A stretch of 64,000 bases of DNA from a virus (Duplodnaviria; Caudoviricetes), in IMG/VR virus record IMGVR_UViG_3300031994_000009; one strand, given 5' to 3'. Shown piece by piece: positions 41,440 to 53,557 of this stretch. Numbering within the stretch: position 1 is the first letter of the stretch; the number at the start of each line of letters is the position of its first letter. The notes under the pieces were generated by a model, which made no database searches, was not told the origin of the DNA, and saw only the letters and a list, made by a program, of their open reading frames with translations. The position numbers and the translations under genes were made by a program.

Positions 41440-41991
41440 ATGTCATCAACAAAAGTAACAAAATCAGAGCTGAACGATCTGAAAACAAAATTCTCGATCA
41501 GACATTTCATAGCTGATCTTCCAAGATTGTTAAACGAGGCTTTCGGAAAAATCGTCAATTGCATCACATACTTTTATGATCCAGACGAAGAAACAATAAA
41601 AGCAAATAAAGCAGAAATTACATACATAGACGCAACAACAATAGTTGCCCAGAACCTGAAATTTAAAGGGGAAAACGAGCAAATTTATACATTGGACCAA
41701 TTAGCTGATTCTGTCATAGCACTTCAAGGACAAACGATAGAAGTTCTTGATATTCCAAGAAAATGGCCCTTATATGCAGACTATTACAGCAACAGACCAC
41801 AAAATCCGTCAGATGGATGTAAAGTTCTTATCAACGAAGGCGTCGAAACATATTCATCTTCCACCCACACATGGACTTCTCATGCGATTGAAGATGGCGT
41901 AATATACCTTGTGGCGAACAATATGCACATATATCAGTTCAACCAAGGACAAGGATGGATGGATCTTGGAACATATCCAAACAACGATTAA
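41440..41991 (+). CDS. Hypothetical structural protein
   Basis: Late operon; C-terminal carbohydrate-binding/fibre-like module (DG..YLV...IYQF...GW.DLG). Confidence 0.6.
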   Translation: MSSTKVTKSELNDLKTKFSIRHFIADLPRLLNEAFGKIVNCITYFYDPDEETIKANKAEITYIDATTIVAQNLKFKGENEQIYTLDQLADSVIALQGQTIEVLDIPRKWPLYADYYSNRPQNPSDGCKVLINEGVETYSSSTHTWTSHAIEDGVIYLVANNMHIYQFNQGQGWMDLGTYPNND

Positions 41992-42007
41992 AACAACATT
42001 GTAGAAA

Positions 42008-43900
42008 ATGGTCAAGAAATTAAGAACACCAGTTATAAGGCCAAGAACACAAGGAGGCACGTTCTATACATTCGGATCCGCACTTGAGGATATAGGCTTA
42101 AACATAAACGAAGGAAGAAATAGGGTCGAAATGTCCCATTATATTCTTCTCGACATACCAAACTTCGACAAAAACAGAGACGCTTCTTCTGGAAACCTTC
42201 ATTTAAGAAACAATATGGATTACGCAAACGATGTCTCCATAAATCAAGGAGACATGATGTTCGCGGAATCTTTCCAAGATTACGTTCTGAACATGGAAAC
42301 TGTTGTCAGAAATCAGTCAGAATATAACTTTGCGTCATCGAAAACTGTTTCAGAGAGAATATTCTGGAAATGGTTATTTAAGGACAGACCAACGGAAACA
42401 TTTTTTACACGGGACAGTAGTTCTGGATATTATTACGAAAACCAGAGTACTTCCATAGCAAAAGCGTTTGGCACAATATCAGCTGGTGCCCAAAGGACAG
42501 ATGACAACGGAATATACAACGAAACCTTTGTTCAGATTCCTTCTTCTTATGGCCAAATGAGGGTTCATTTTAAGCAAGTGTTCGACGAAAACTATACGAT
42601 CGGATCGTATACTGGGACAACACAAAACGCCATAGAAGGATTCGGGGACGGAAACGGATTGAAATCATCAACAACATGTAGGTTCACATGGGATTCAGCA
42701 ATATTCCCATCACCAGGAACGGCTATAACACATGTTTCCACAAACATAATTTTTGTTGTCACAGAAACAAACATCAACAACAGGTATGTCTATGCAAAAA
42801 CGGAATCCAGCACAACTGGAATAGGAAACACTGGATCGTTCAAATGGATTAGAAATGGATCGGAACAAACATCAAATTACACAGCATTTTCTGATGGTCC
42901 ATCAAACACTGTTATATCCACAACGGAAATATCATCTATTCCGATAGCAGATTCAAGCAATAACGGATATTACATATACACCGTATCAAATAGCGGAAAA
43001 CTTGCGTCAGACTCATTTGAGGCAGAATTAGACATAGCAAAACTACGCCAAATATACGAAAATACTTCCCTTACATACGATGACATAGGAATGGGAAAAG
43101 TAAAGGACGGTTCTATATATACAGATTTCACATTCAATGCAATACTTATATACTACTCAATATACAACTCCGATAAAACAAAAAGACTCTCAACAAATGC
43201 ATATGGTATATATATACTTGACAATTCCGTAAAATCTGAAATCGACGGAATATTTTTCTTCCCGTCGCTAAAAAAGATCCAGTCATCAACATTAAGACAA
43301 GGCACTTCATATTCATTTAGAATTAATATAAAGCCAACCACAGCATATAGCGGGGATATTCACGTCGAAGACAATTCAACGGTAGCATTTGCGATGTCAG
43401 AGGATTTTAACGATGTGATCAGAAATCTATCAAGTTCTATTACTACGCTAAAATCAAACACTCAATTGCTATATTCCATTAAAAAAAGGAACGATCAAAT
43501 CGAAGACATGGTAACAAAAACCATGGAGCATATCGATGAGATAGAATCTAATATAAATGGAATAATTAACGGAAACTTTCCGTACACAGCATCTGGAATA
43601 TACAGGCAAAATCCTCTATCGAATATATCAGGAACGCTAACGCCAACAATGGCAAGAACCCTTATAGATTCTATGTCAATTCAATACACAGAAGACGGTC
43701 AAATGTGTATATCAATTAATATTAATAACATGACAGGGGATTTATTAATGATCGGGAAAAACCTGCAAAAAATAATGAACAATAATACGTATTTTGATAT
43801 GCTCACAATTCTTATGATTCTTATAGCAAGATCAAAGACGTCCGTATCAAGAACAGAGACAGACGAAAGTATCATTATCCCAGCATCATCAAGATTGTAA
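42008..43900 (+). CDS. Hypothetical structural (baseplate/tail) protein
   Basis: 630 aa in the late operon; beta-rich core followed by a coiled coil. Confidence 0.6.
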   Translation: MVKKLRTPVIRPRTQGGTFYTFGSALEDIGLNINEGRNRVEMSHYILLDIPNFDKNRDASSGNLHLRNNMDYANDVSINQGDMMFAESFQDYVLNMETVVRNQSEYNFASSKTVSERIFWKWLFKDRPTETFFTRDSSSGYYYENQSTSIAKAFGTISAGAQRTDDNGIYNETFVQIPSSYGQMRVHFKQVFDENYTIGSYTGTTQNAIEGFGDGNGLKSSTTCRFTWDSAIFPSPGTAITHVSTNIIFVVTETNINNRYVYAKTESSTTGIGNTGSFKWIRNGSEQTSNYTAFSDGPSNTVISTTEISSIPIADSSNNGYYIYTVSNSGKLASDSFEAELDIAKLRQIYENTSLTYDDIGMGKVKDGSIYTDFTFNAILIYYSIYNSDKTKRLSTNAYGIYILDNSVKSEIDGIFFFPSLKKIQSSTLRQGTSYSFRINIKPTTAYSGDIHVEDNSTVAFAMSEDFNDVIRNLSSSITTLKSNTQLLYSIKKRNDQIEDMVTKTMEHIDEIESNINGIINGNFPYTASGIYRQNPLSNISGTLTPTMARTLIDSMSIQYTEDGQMCISININNMTGDLLMIGKNLQKIMNNNTYFDMLTILMILIARSKTSVSRTETDESIIIPASSRL

Positions 43901-43924
43901 AAAAAGAAGCGGTTTATTTATAAT

Positions 43925-43955
43925 TGGCCGAGAATGAAAAATCTCGGCCATTTTT
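43925..43955 (+). terminator. Intrinsic terminator
   Basis: TGGCCGAGA/TCTCGGCCA stem followed by a T-tract. Confidence 0.75.
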
Positions 43956-43963
43956 GTTTTTTC

Positions 43964-43971
43964 AATAAATA
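43964..43971 (+). promoter_or_regulatory. T4-type late promoter AATAAATA
   Basis: 27 bp upstream of ATG 43999. Confidence 0.6.
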
Positions 43972-43998
43972 CAACAAAGACAATTTCCACCATAAAAT

Positions 43999-46326
43999 AT
44001 GGCAAACACAAATAGTTATACCGAAAACATGGCATCTTTGACGGAATCAGCAAAGGAAGTCATGAAATATGCCGAAGCGATGAATGAAGCGGTTATAGGA
44101 AACAACGCCGAAATCGTGATGGGAGACGATGTCGTTATGCCGTCTTTCGAAAATGTTATAAACAGGGTAGAAAGGGCTGAAAGAACAATATCAAGATTCA
44201 CAGCAGGAAAGGGAGTTATAGAAACAGACGACGGGACATACAGAAAAGTCAGAGTCGAAACAATATCAAGACCAGCAAACAACATAACAAATCTTGATAC
44301 TGTTAGTAGGTTCTCCGTAAACCCAAACTGGTTTTTTGAATCATTGCAGTATCCTAGATGTGAAGTGAAAATAGATCTCGCTGGAAAGATTGAACCAGAT
44401 TCAGACAGAGTGTATGTTAGTAGAATCATCGTATCAACAAAACAAAGAAAATTCACAGATAGAATAAAAACAGATCTTTTATCATCAACGCTCAAATACG
44501 GAGATATGGTAGAATACCTTGAATCTAAATCAATCGAATACAAGGAAGACGTTGATGAAATAAAACTTCCATTAACATACGAAAAATTCAACGGAGAATT
44601 TCAGGTTACAGCAATCAATCTTGTAAAAAACGAGGAAAATGGTTTAAACTATACATGGTACTATCTCTCTACATTAAACTATGCAAACGTCAGAGAAAAC
44701 GGAACAATAGAGGATGTTGGCCACATGATACAAATCGGAGACTTGCTCAGATACAACAACACATTATTTAAGGTCATCGCAGTAAACCAGAACGAGAACA
44801 GAGTAAGACTGGAATATAATGTAGGATACGACACGGTTGGATTATACGACACACTCGAACTCTACACAGATCCATTCAGCGAAAAAGTCATAAGCGTTGG
44901 CATAGGTATCGACGAAATTGACATCATATACATAAAAGGTGTAAACGAGAATTTCAACTTGTTGTCAAAAGACTGGTCAAATCCGATCGTTTTCCATACA
45001 AATGATCTTATATTCGATGATGACGATACATTAGATTTCATACACTATTATGTTCAGAACGTATCTGACTTCGGAAATATGTGGATTTCACAAATTAAAG
45101 AAGGAAGGATGCCAGCATATGGAGGAAAAATACCTACTGCACCAGTTCTTAATGCGGACGATCTAAGAGTTGTACAAATCAACACACAATTAAACGCAAC
45201 ACTCGACACACAGAGATATAACCAGCTTACCTCTGAGATCGCTTCCATTAAATCTAATATATCAGCAACAAGACAGACGATATCATCCAACAAAAACCTT
45301 CTTATAGAAGAAACCGATCCAAACAGAAGGACGACTATCCAAAATTCGATCAACGTCGACACAAGCAAACTTAATAACATGAGCACACAATTCAGCTCAT
45401 TGGTCGATGAGTTGAACACATTGCTTAACGAAGCTGGTGCCATCAACTATTCACCAAAATATCATGTAAGGGGGTTTTTCACGATCCCTGGTCCGCAATA
45501 TACCATAGATAACGGAACCGAAAAAATAGGAAAACAATCAATTATAGGATTCGAAATTCTGTACAGATATCTTAAAAGAGACAACACTGGGACAGAATTA
45601 CAAACTTTCAGCATAACAGACGCACAAAATAATGTCGAAGGCTCTGTCGTTTTAAGAGATGGAGAAAACGGAGAAGAATCGGGAACAAGAGGAACATCTT
45701 CACAACAAACTGAATCGGCATTGGCAACAGATCAGTCAGCATCCGTGAATTCTTTTGTAGAAAGTGCTGTATTTAGCGACTGGTGTGTTATGCCATCGGC
45801 GATTCTTGAAAAAATATACAATCCGAATACAGACACTTTTGAATGGAAATCTGAAAAAACGGATGGAACCCATGTCACGATTAACCAGATAGACATTCCA
45901 ATCAGATCTGGCGAAAAAGTTCAGATAAGAGTAAGATCCATATCTGAAGCTGGATATCCATATGCCCCATTAAAATCAAGATGGAGCAATTCTGTCATAA
46001 TAGGATTTCCAGACAACCTTACTACAGATGATGCCGTCACGTCTATACTTGATAGCGTTAAAAGCGATATGACTTCAGTTGTATTGCAAGAAACATTATC
46101 CGCTGCTGGAATGTACACTCACATTTCAGACATGAATTCAAAATATAAACATAGTGCAGAAAACTTACAGTACACATCATCATCGATTCAAAACGGAAAC
46201 CCTATTGTTGTTACAAAATCCGTTGCAGAAGAACTCAGAAATTTAAGCATGTTAATAGAAAATACTGGAAGACAACTTAATGCTTTGCAAGAAGCGTTCG
46301 AAAGACATATCGAACAAGGTCAATAA
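43999..46326 (+). CDS. Hypothetical structural protein with a central coiled coil and an Fn3-like C-terminal part
   Basis: 775 aa; the VQIRVRSISEAGYP..PLKSRWS segment resembles the end of an Fn3 domain. Confidence 0.6.
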   Translation: MANTNSYTENMASLTESAKEVMKYAEAMNEAVIGNNAEIVMGDDVVMPSFENVINRVERAERTISRFTAGKGVIETDDGTYRKVRVETISRPANNITNLDTVSRFSVNPNWFFESLQYPRCEVKIDLAGKIEPDSDRVYVSRIIVSTKQRKFTDRIKTDLLSSTLKYGDMVEYLESKSIEYKEDVDEIKLPLTYEKFNGEFQVTAINLVKNEENGLNYTWYYLSTLNYANVRENGTIEDVGHMIQIGDLLRYNNTLFKVIAVNQNENRVRLEYNVGYDTVGLYDTLELYTDPFSEKVISVGIGIDEIDIIYIKGVNENFNLLSKDWSNPIVFHTNDLIFDDDDTLDFIHYYVQNVSDFGNMWISQIKEGRMPAYGGKIPTAPVLNADDLRVVQINTQLNATLDTQRYNQLTSEIASIKSNISATRQTISSNKNLLIEETDPNRRTTIQNSINVDTSKLNNMSTQFSSLVDELNTLLNEAGAINYSPKYHVRGFFTIPGPQYTIDNGTEKIGKQSIIGFEILYRYLKRDNTGTELQTFSITDAQNNVEGSVVLRDGENGEESGTRGTSSQQTESALATDQSASVNSFVESAVFSDWCVMPSAILEKIYNPNTDTFEWKSEKTDGTHVTINQIDIPIRSGEKVQIRVRSISEAGYPYAPLKSRWSNSVIIGFPDNLTTDDAVTSILDSVKSDMTSVVLQETLSAAGMYTHISDMNSKYKHSAENLQYTSSSIQNGNPIVVTKSVAEELRNLSMLIENTGRQLNALQEAFERHIEQGQ

Positions 46327-46349
46327 CAAAAATGATGAATATTTCATAA

Positions 46350-49300
46350 ATGGCAACAATATCAACAACAAAGAAAACAACCATAATAAAATCGGATTCC
46401 GATAAAGTGTTTTTTTATAATGCTGATGAACCTTTTGATGCATATAACTTAAAAATTTATGTAAATTCACAAAAACTTGTATTATATCAACCTGTTAGGT
46501 TATCACCAAAAAATGGTTGTTTCGTCATATACATTGACGCAGCATATTCTATCAACACTGTGAACATTAACATAGGAGACGATATACTTCAATACACTGC
46601 ACCAAAAGGCGATATATACATGTTCGAAACATATGATAGGGTTGAGAACATGATGGATGACGCAACTTCATTCATGCTTCTTCGGACAAATCCTAAATTA
46701 TCGGGAAACGTAAAAGTTGTCGTTACATCAGACGGAAATATGTATATGGACACATTTAAAGTGTCAAAAGGACTTTCTCAGCAAAAATACAGAAAGATTC
46801 CTATTAATCCAAATGAATATTACGGCAGAACCCTTATGGCAAAATTCAGGGACATGCCGATTGATGATTTTTATAAAATAGAAGAATCTTGTTACGATTT
46901 GTTCACATCAGCAAACGATCTAGACGAACAATATTATGACAAATATAATTGCGGCGTCAGAACAAACAACGACAAATTATATAGCGAAAATTTTTCTCTT
47001 CTCGCACCATTATGTATAAGAAGAAAAATTCCAGATTTTTTCTTAATCTTCAAAGTCAAAAACTACGAAGACAATCTTTCTGTAGAAAATTCAAACTTCA
47101 TTGTAAGAACACCATCATTTATATTAGAACCAGATAATTGCGAAATTGTTAAATGTTTCGATTTAAGGGAAGGTACTGGAATAGGAACATACATAAGAAA
47201 CATGTATGAATATCAGAGAGGTTTTGTTGGAGATGCATATGCAAGCGAAACCCTTAACGGTATGAACATATTCAACGGAATATCTTTAGAAAAGGGAGTC
47301 GTCGCAAAGATATATGAATCTGGTTATGAAGCTGAACTAGTAACAAACCAAGTAGCTTTAAATGATTATTACACGGAAGGATTTAAAAGAAACCATATAG
47401 TCAGTAAAGATATCATAAATTTTGAATTCATGTTTGATGATCCGAGCGAAAAAATGTTCTCGATTAACCACTATTATGGTATATATGTGAGATTGAACGG
47501 AGATCCAGAGACATTCAGTTGTATCGACACATCAACAAATGGCGATAATATTCTAGACACAAGCGTAGGAGGGCAAAATTTTGATCCTTCCTTTGTTAGT
47601 GCAATGTTATATGGAATATCTACTCCATATGGGTTTGAAAGACTGACGGAAAATGTATACCAAAGTAATACGGTAAAGCGTAGAAAGCTCACCCCACATA
47701 AAAATATCGCAAAATTAGAAACAATCGATATAACAAAATATATGGATGGAAATTATTTTTTTGCATCCGTACAACTAAATGACGTTTTAGATCCTGGCGA
47801 GCATTACAGAATAATAGACAACGAAGATAAGAAAATATATGATGTCATAGTATCTAACGCATACGATGAGGACTATCTATCTGATTTTTCTTATGATTCA
47901 TCAATATATAATAATTTTGAATATGAAATAACGAGAATATCAATCCATAATAACAAATACAGAAAGCTTACACATAATAGCGAAAAGGAAAAAATTATCG
48001 GAGAGCAAGTTGGATTAATTGCTCAAGCTTTTAATTCTTTCGACACAAAAGGCAAAATAACAGCATTTACTGACGAAAAAAACTTTTTTTCCATAATCAT
48101 AAAAAAGAACAAAACTTTTACACATTCACAAGCATTTCTGATAGAAAAAATTCAATCTTTCTGTGGGTATAATACCACAAATATCAATAAAATGACACTC
48201 GAACCATGGGAGGATGGATATTATGAAGATCAATCTTCATATCTATTTGGAATAAACGACATAGAGAGATTTATAATATCGCCAGAAAACGAACAATTAT
48301 CTATATACTTCCCTAAAGGATTTGAATGCATGGGAGATAGGTTTGCTCAGGTAGCTTGTTTCATCAATATACAAAAACCAGACGAAGATTTATATTCAAC
48401 TCTCGTCGATCAAGATGTTACTAATATTATAACGCAATACAGGACAGTTATATACCCTATGCAATACCCAGACGATGAACGTTCATATGATCCTCTAAAA
48501 AAACTTATTCAACTATATCTTATAACAGACGATCTACAAATTAACATAAAAAATTTATATTCTGTCCTTGGGTTCGGCCCAAAAAAGAGCTACTATATGG
48601 TTTTCGAAAAATCTCCTATGATACAACTCAATGACAAAATCTTTTTGTATCAGAATTTTCCTATGAATGTTGGAATATGTTCCATCTTTCAGATAAAAGA
48701 TATGTATCATACGATACTTGATCATGAAAATCAATATATGCTATCAAGTGGAAACGATTTTGTCGAGACAACTGGAAACATATCATCAACAAGAGGGGAA
48801 TATCAAAATCATAATAACATATTCTATCAACAAATCGGAACATACACCGAAGAAAATTTTACAAACTATATAGATAAATTAAACACATATATCCCAAATT
48901 ACAGATATAAACTTACAAGTGACGCTAGTTTAGGATATTATCTTCATAATCTTCTTGAAAAAAACCATACAAAAATGGATATAGCAATCACTGTACCCAA
49001 TTGTTGTAAATGGAAAATAGCTGGAACAGATCATTGCGGAAATAGACTAAGAATTATGTATAATCTCATGAATGGAGATCAAGATGTTGACGTAGCACCG
49101 TGGAGACCAGTTTTAGAAGAAAATTTCGATTCATACTGGATTCCAAAAGACACATCAACTCATATAGGACTCATTTCTACAACAAACAATAATATAGAAA
49201 ACAAATACGTCAGAAACTATAATTCTTTTGATGATTATGAAACTTTCAGCGAATCAATACATTCAGGATTAGCTTCATTGGAAGATTTGATATTTTACAA

Positions 49301-51089
49301 AATGAATCAGGATTGCAGATTTTCAAAAGTATATGACTATGGAACAGATGCCATTGAATTTATTTCTGGTGGCGTAAAGGTAAGAATTAAAAGTTCTGAT
49401 ATATCAAAATTTAATATAGCCTCATATATAGGATATTCTGCCATTCTTATTTGCATGGATGGTAATAATCCAAGAAGGCCATCTACATATGAATTATTCG
49501 TTGACGAAAATACAGAGCAAATGGCTTTATTTGTATTTAACGGAATAAATGGAGATTCTATAAAAATATCCCCAAATGCCGCAACACAAGATAATTTTAG
49601 CGTAAAACATTCAACAAGCATATACAAAGGAATTCCTAATGGTGGATCATCTTGGGATTTTTTAGATAATGATTTTTTATATAAGTCAATTTGGGATTTA
49701 GACAACAATGATTTTTTGGATCCATCCTATGAAAATTATAAAGTTTTCCTGCTATCTATACCTCACAACAGCGGAATAATAGAAGACTCGTATGTGATGG
49801 TAACAGGAAATCTTACTGGATTTGTAAAAAGAGATGACATAGATGGGAAAATTTACATGAGATTAGAAAACGTCGAAGCAATAAAAGACGGAGAATTAAC
49901 CACTGTAACTTATGCTACAAATTCAATCAATACTGTTGACATGTATATTGTTGGACAATCAACAGAATTAGCATCCGATTCACCAGCAAGAACAAAGACA
50001 CTAACGCTGGAGGAAATGAGATCTCTTACAAACAACTATAGTATTTTTATAAAAAAACAAGAAAAATCTCTTGAATACGACGAAACTGACAATATACTTC
50101 AGATTAGATTTGTCGAACCATATTACACAAAAAGACAAGAAGATAGTAGTATATATTCTACATTTGGCATAACATACCCATCATATATAGAACCTGTCAC
50201 AACAAATATTCTTCCATTTACATGCAACGATATTAATATACAGTATGCATCTGACGCTTTTCACAAATGCTTTAATGCCGCAAATATTATGTTTGAATAT
50301 AAAGTTGGCATTATTTCTAATATTCAACAAACATGGCTGAGAAAAGTAATAGATTTAGATGCCATAATGATGAAAACATCAATCAACACAGAATCACTTA
50401 AAGAACAAAATTCTGGGGAATCCACATCTGATGATATATTTACATATACAAACACAACTGGATTGACTTTATATAGGGGAATAAACCCAATTGTACCATA
50501 TTGGTATACAAAAATGTGTAGGCTGTTTAACAAATTCGATAATTATATCGATTATTTGGGGGCTTTTTCTGGGTATGAAAAAAACACATATCTTGCATCA
50601 AGAGCCATTACTCTTAAAACAAAAAACAGCATAACAGGAAATATTATATCATCAATAACGATCGATAAATGGTTCGACACAAAAATTGACAGACAGAGAA
50701 ACACTATCAAACTTGATATAACAGAAAGCTTAGTAGAACTGATCAATGATTCAGAAGGGTATTCAGAAGCATGGTCCAAACTTTCAAATTTATTAAACTC
50801 AACAAGCATAACAGATATAGATTATACAACATATAAAACCAAATATATAACAAATACAATATTAAAGTTTATATCAATAAACAACAACACTCCATTCACT
50901 CTATACATGAATCCATCTAGCACATCTTTTGAATTTGTTCCAACCTCACCAACAGGAAATAATGTTAAAAAAGCAGAAAATATAAAAAATACACTCATAG
51001 AGGAAAATGGAAAACTTTACATGATAATACAAGATCTTGAACCAAAACAATATTTTGCAAAAATAGAAATCACGATCATAAAAGAATGA
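46350..51089 (+). CDS. Large hypothetical structural protein (1579 aa)
   Basis: Long ORF in the late virion operon. Confidence 0.6.
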   Translation: MATISTTKKTTIIKSDSDKVFFYNADEPFDAYNLKIYVNSQKLVLYQPVRLSPKNGCFVIYIDAAYSINTVNINIGDDILQYTAPKGDIYMFETYDRVENMMDDATSFMLLRTNPKLSGNVKVVVTSDGNMYMDTFKVSKGLSQQKYRKIPINPNEYYGRTLMAKFRDMPIDDFYKIEESCYDLFTSANDLDEQYYDKYNCGVRTNNDKLYSENFSLLAPLCIRRKIPDFFLIFKVKNYEDNLSVENSNFIVRTPSFILEPDNCEIVKCFDLREGTGIGTYIRNMYEYQRGFVGDAYASETLNGMNIFNGISLEKGVVAKIYESGYEAELVTNQVALNDYYTEGFKRNHIVSKDIINFEFMFDDPSEKMFSINHYYGIYVRLNGDPETFSCIDTSTNGDNILDTSVGGQNFDPSFVSAMLYGISTPYGFERLTENVYQSNTVKRRKLTPHKNIAKLETIDITKYMDGNYFFASVQLNDVLDPGEHYRIIDNEDKKIYDVIVSNAYDEDYLSDFSYDSSIYNNFEYEITRISIHNNKYRKLTHNSEKEKIIGEQVGLIAQAFNSFDTKGKITAFTDEKNFFSIIIKKNKTFTHSQAFLIEKIQSFCGYNTTNINKMTLEPWEDGYYEDQSSYLFGINDIERFIISPENEQLSIYFPKGFECMGDRFAQVACFINIQKPDEDLYSTLVDQDVTNIITQYRTVIYPMQYPDDERSYDPLKKLIQLYLITDDLQINIKNLYSVLGFGPKKSYYMVFEKSPMIQLNDKIFLYQNFPMNVGICSIFQIKDMYHTILDHENQYMLSSGNDFVETTGNISSTRGEYQNHNNIFYQQIGTYTEENFTNYIDKLNTYIPNYRYKLTSDASLGYYLHNLLEKNHTKMDIAITVPNCCKWKIAGTDHCGNRLRIMYNLMNGDQDVDVAPWRPVLEENFDSYWIPKDTSTHIGLISTTNNNIENKYVRNYNSFDDYETFSESIHSGLASLEDLIFYKMNQDCRFSKVYDYGTDAIEFISGGVKVRIKSSDISKFNIASYIGYSAILICMDGNNPRRPSTYELFVDENTEQMALFVFNGINGDSIKISPNAATQDNFSVKHSTSIYKGIPNGGSSWDFLDNDFLYKSIWDLDNNDFLDPSYENYKVFLLSIPHNSGIIEDSYVMVTGNLTGFVKRDDIDGKIYMRLENVEAIKDGELTTVTYATNSINTVDMYIVGQSTELASDSPARTKTLTLEEMRSLTNNYSIFIKKQEKSLEYDETDNILQIRFVEPYYTKRQEDSSIYSTFGITYPSYIEPVTTNILPFTCNDINIQYASDAFHKCFNAANIMFEYKVGIISNIQQTWLRKVIDLDAIMMKTSINTESLKEQNSGESTSDDIFTYTNTTGLTLYRGINPIVPYWYTKMCRLFNKFDNYIDYLGAFSGYEKNTYLASRAITLKTKNSITGNIISSITIDKWFDTKIDRQRNTIKLDITESLVELINDSEGYSEAWSKLSNLLNSTSITDIDYTTYKTKYITNTILKFISINNNTPFTLYMNPSSTSFEFVPTSPTGNNVKKAENIKNTLIEENGKLYMIIQDLEPKQYFAKIEITIIKE

Positions 51090-52723
51090 CAGCATTTTCA
51101 TATAACTTTCACTATAAACCAAGCGGAATAACATCAAATTCCAAACCAGCTGGACTGTCGTTATACGGCATTGATGGAAACAACGGGGATGATGGCCTTA
51201 TTGGTTCTTCCGTGTATTTTTTCGATTCCATTATTATCACAGATTTACAAAAGGAAATAATTCTAACAAGGATAGATAACGGAAAAACAATCGATGGAAA
51301 CGGACCAGCTGTAAGATCTTATGTTGTTGGGGATTTAATTATATGTAAAAGAGGAACTGGAGGTCAAAATAATATATACAAAATAGTGGAGCCCCAATCA
51401 ATAAACCACAGATTCGATCTGAAGCAATGGGGAGTCATAGAGCAACCTTTACCCATTCATGCACTGATAGACTACTATCTTGATGACGCTATTTTAAAAA
51501 TGAATATAAACGCAAAGCCTTCTACAACAAGAATGCCAGTTAATAGGTCTTTTGATTCATCGACTGAACTTTATTATACAAACGGAGACGCGCTTGATGT
51601 TTCAACTGGAACAAATCCTAATATACCATACCACATATCACAACCATACATAAATGCCTTTAAGACGATTTACGGATTCGAGATGAGTCCATCTATAAAA
51701 TTCACAAGTAGCGAAATACCCAATGCTTTTGATTTTTACCTAAAGATAACGATACCATTATCAAAAGGTCTCGTTGGAACAAACGGGTTTACATTAGAAA
51801 AAGGATACACAAATTATTATGATGGGAACGGCCCTTCTCATTTTAGGGTGGAACCTATGAACAACAACATAAACTTGGTCAAGTTTGAAAAAATACTTGA
51901 AATTCCAATGAACAAGTATGCAAATGATACGATTTGCGGAACATTTCATAACCCAACATATATATCAGATTTAGCTTCTGATAAACTTCACCCAGCGGGG
52001 AACAATATAAACGTATCATTCTTTGATCCAAAAAGATCAAAAGGTTGGGAAGTTAAACAAAACCCAGTTGGTTCAGAAAAATATTTTAAGTGGTTTAAAA
52101 TCTACATGGGCCAAATCGAAAACGGAGATGAGAATTATTGCATAGACGGAAGAAAAACAAACAATGTACTATACAATGCATCGCACAAACAAGATTTCTA
52201 CAATACGCGAATAGAAAACGTATTAATGAATGATTCATACGATCTATGGTACACCATGATGCAATTTTCAAAAAGAAAAAAATTAGTTGAACAACACGAG
52301 CCAGTCGCACCAGGATATGAGGATGAAAAATGTAACATCAATTTTAGAAGCGGCGAATCTGCTTATTTCTCTGGAATGACACCATGCTGTTTCCCGACAG
52401 ATTGTTTCTCTGACAAATATATAGGATGGGGACAACACGCTAGATACATAGGATCTGGTCCTTATCACACATATGATGCATATGTTACAATGAACAGATG
52501 CCTTAATATATTCAATAACGACATTGACATTGATAGTCACGAACAAGAACACTATGTAGAAGAAAGAAACATTGTCATGCAAGACTATATGTTTCAAGTA
52601 TTATACAGTTTCATTTTTAATCCAGCAAACACATTCGAATTAATATACGTCGAAAAAGCAACTGGTATCTTAAAATCAAAAAAAATTAATATTACAGAAT
52701 TCCAATTCAACTATACGTCATAA
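51086..52723 (+). CDS. Hypothetical fibre/baseplate-associated protein
   Basis: N-terminal GIDGNNGDDGLIG (short Gly-X-Y) followed by Y..GDLII. Confidence 0.55.
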   Translation: MTAFSYNFHYKPSGITSNSKPAGLSLYGIDGNNGDDGLIGSSVYFFDSIIITDLQKEIILTRIDNGKTIDGNGPAVRSYVVGDLIICKRGTGGQNNIYKIVEPQSINHRFDLKQWGVIEQPLPIHALIDYYLDDAILKMNINAKPSTTRMPVNRSFDSSTELYYTNGDALDVSTGTNPNIPYHISQPYINAFKTIYGFEMSPSIKFTSSEIPNAFDFYLKITIPLSKGLVGTNGFTLEKGYTNYYDGNGPSHFRVEPMNNNINLVKFEKILEIPMNKYANDTICGTFHNPTYISDLASDKLHPAGNNINVSFFDPKRSKGWEVKQNPVGSEKYFKWFKIYMGQIENGDENYCIDGRKTNNVLYNASHKQDFYNTRIENVLMNDSYDLWYTMMQFSKRKKLVEQHEPVAPGYEDEKCNINFRSGESAYFSGMTPCCFPTDCFSDKYIGWGQHARYIGSGPYHTYDAYVTMNRCLNIFNNDIDIDSHEQEHYVEERNIVMQDYMFQVLYSFIFNPANTFELIYVEKATGILKSKKINITEFQFNYTS

Positions 52724-52726
52724 ACT

Positions 52727-53557
52727 ATGAAAAAAATTTATAAACCAGAAAACGGAATATATGGATACGCTCCAGCTGCACCAGATGGCGCAAGAGGAAA
52801 AGACGGTAATGATATATTTTATTCACCAATAAACCTCGATAAGAATATTAACATAAGTATAACAAAATCACTTATAACAAATAACCATGTATTAAGTTTA
52901 ATTCAATCTATACAATATTCGGAACGTGTCAACTATTCTGACGGAGATCTTATTCTAACAAAGGACGGCTCCGTTTATATCATGAACGATATTGAAGACG
53001 ATATAAGAATAGACAGGGTTGGAAGCATAAAGATTCCTATAATAAACCAATATGAAGGAAACTCTCCATTAAGTGGATACACTATTATTTTTGCAATAAT
53101 ACATAATTTATATACATCAGAAAATATTTACAACTATATCGAAGGATGCGAATCTCCCCTATACCATCACAGAGACTCGATTGACGCTTCCACATATGGT
53201 AACTATATTGTATGCACAGCATCTCTCGAAAAAGTCATACCAGTTTTAGACGGAAAATATATCAAACTTGTCATTAATTTTATAAGCGGCATGAGATTTG
53301 AAAAAATACTAACGGAAAAAGACTATGCTGATCCAATATTCATAGACAATAGATATATTCTTAATTACGGTCATACGGAAAACGAAGTATACAGCACAAA
53401 TACTGGATTTTCTAACTATGATGAAGAAAAATCTGTTTCGTTTGAACTTCAAACCAATCTATCGGAAAAAGGAAAATTCTGTATGGCAGACGGATATATC
53501 GAATATTCATATCAGGAAAAAACATACAGACAAAAAATAATAATTTCTAATGCATAA
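52727..53557 (+). CDS. Hypothetical fibre/baseplate-associated protein
   Basis: N-terminal PDGARGKDGND and YSDGDLIL; a similar head to its neighbours. Confidence 0.55.
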   Translation: MKKIYKPENGIYGYAPAAPDGARGKDGNDIFYSPINLDKNINISITKSLITNNHVLSLIQSIQYSERVNYSDGDLILTKDGSVYIMNDIEDDIRIDRVGSIKIPIINQYEGNSPLSGYTIIFAIIHNLYTSENIYNYIEGCESPLYHHRDSIDASTYGNYIVCTASLEKVIPVLDGKYIKLVINFISGMRFEKILTEKDYADPIFIDNRYILNYGHTENEVYSTNTGFSNYDEEKSVSFELQTNLSEKGKFCMADGYIEYSYQEKTYRQKIIISNA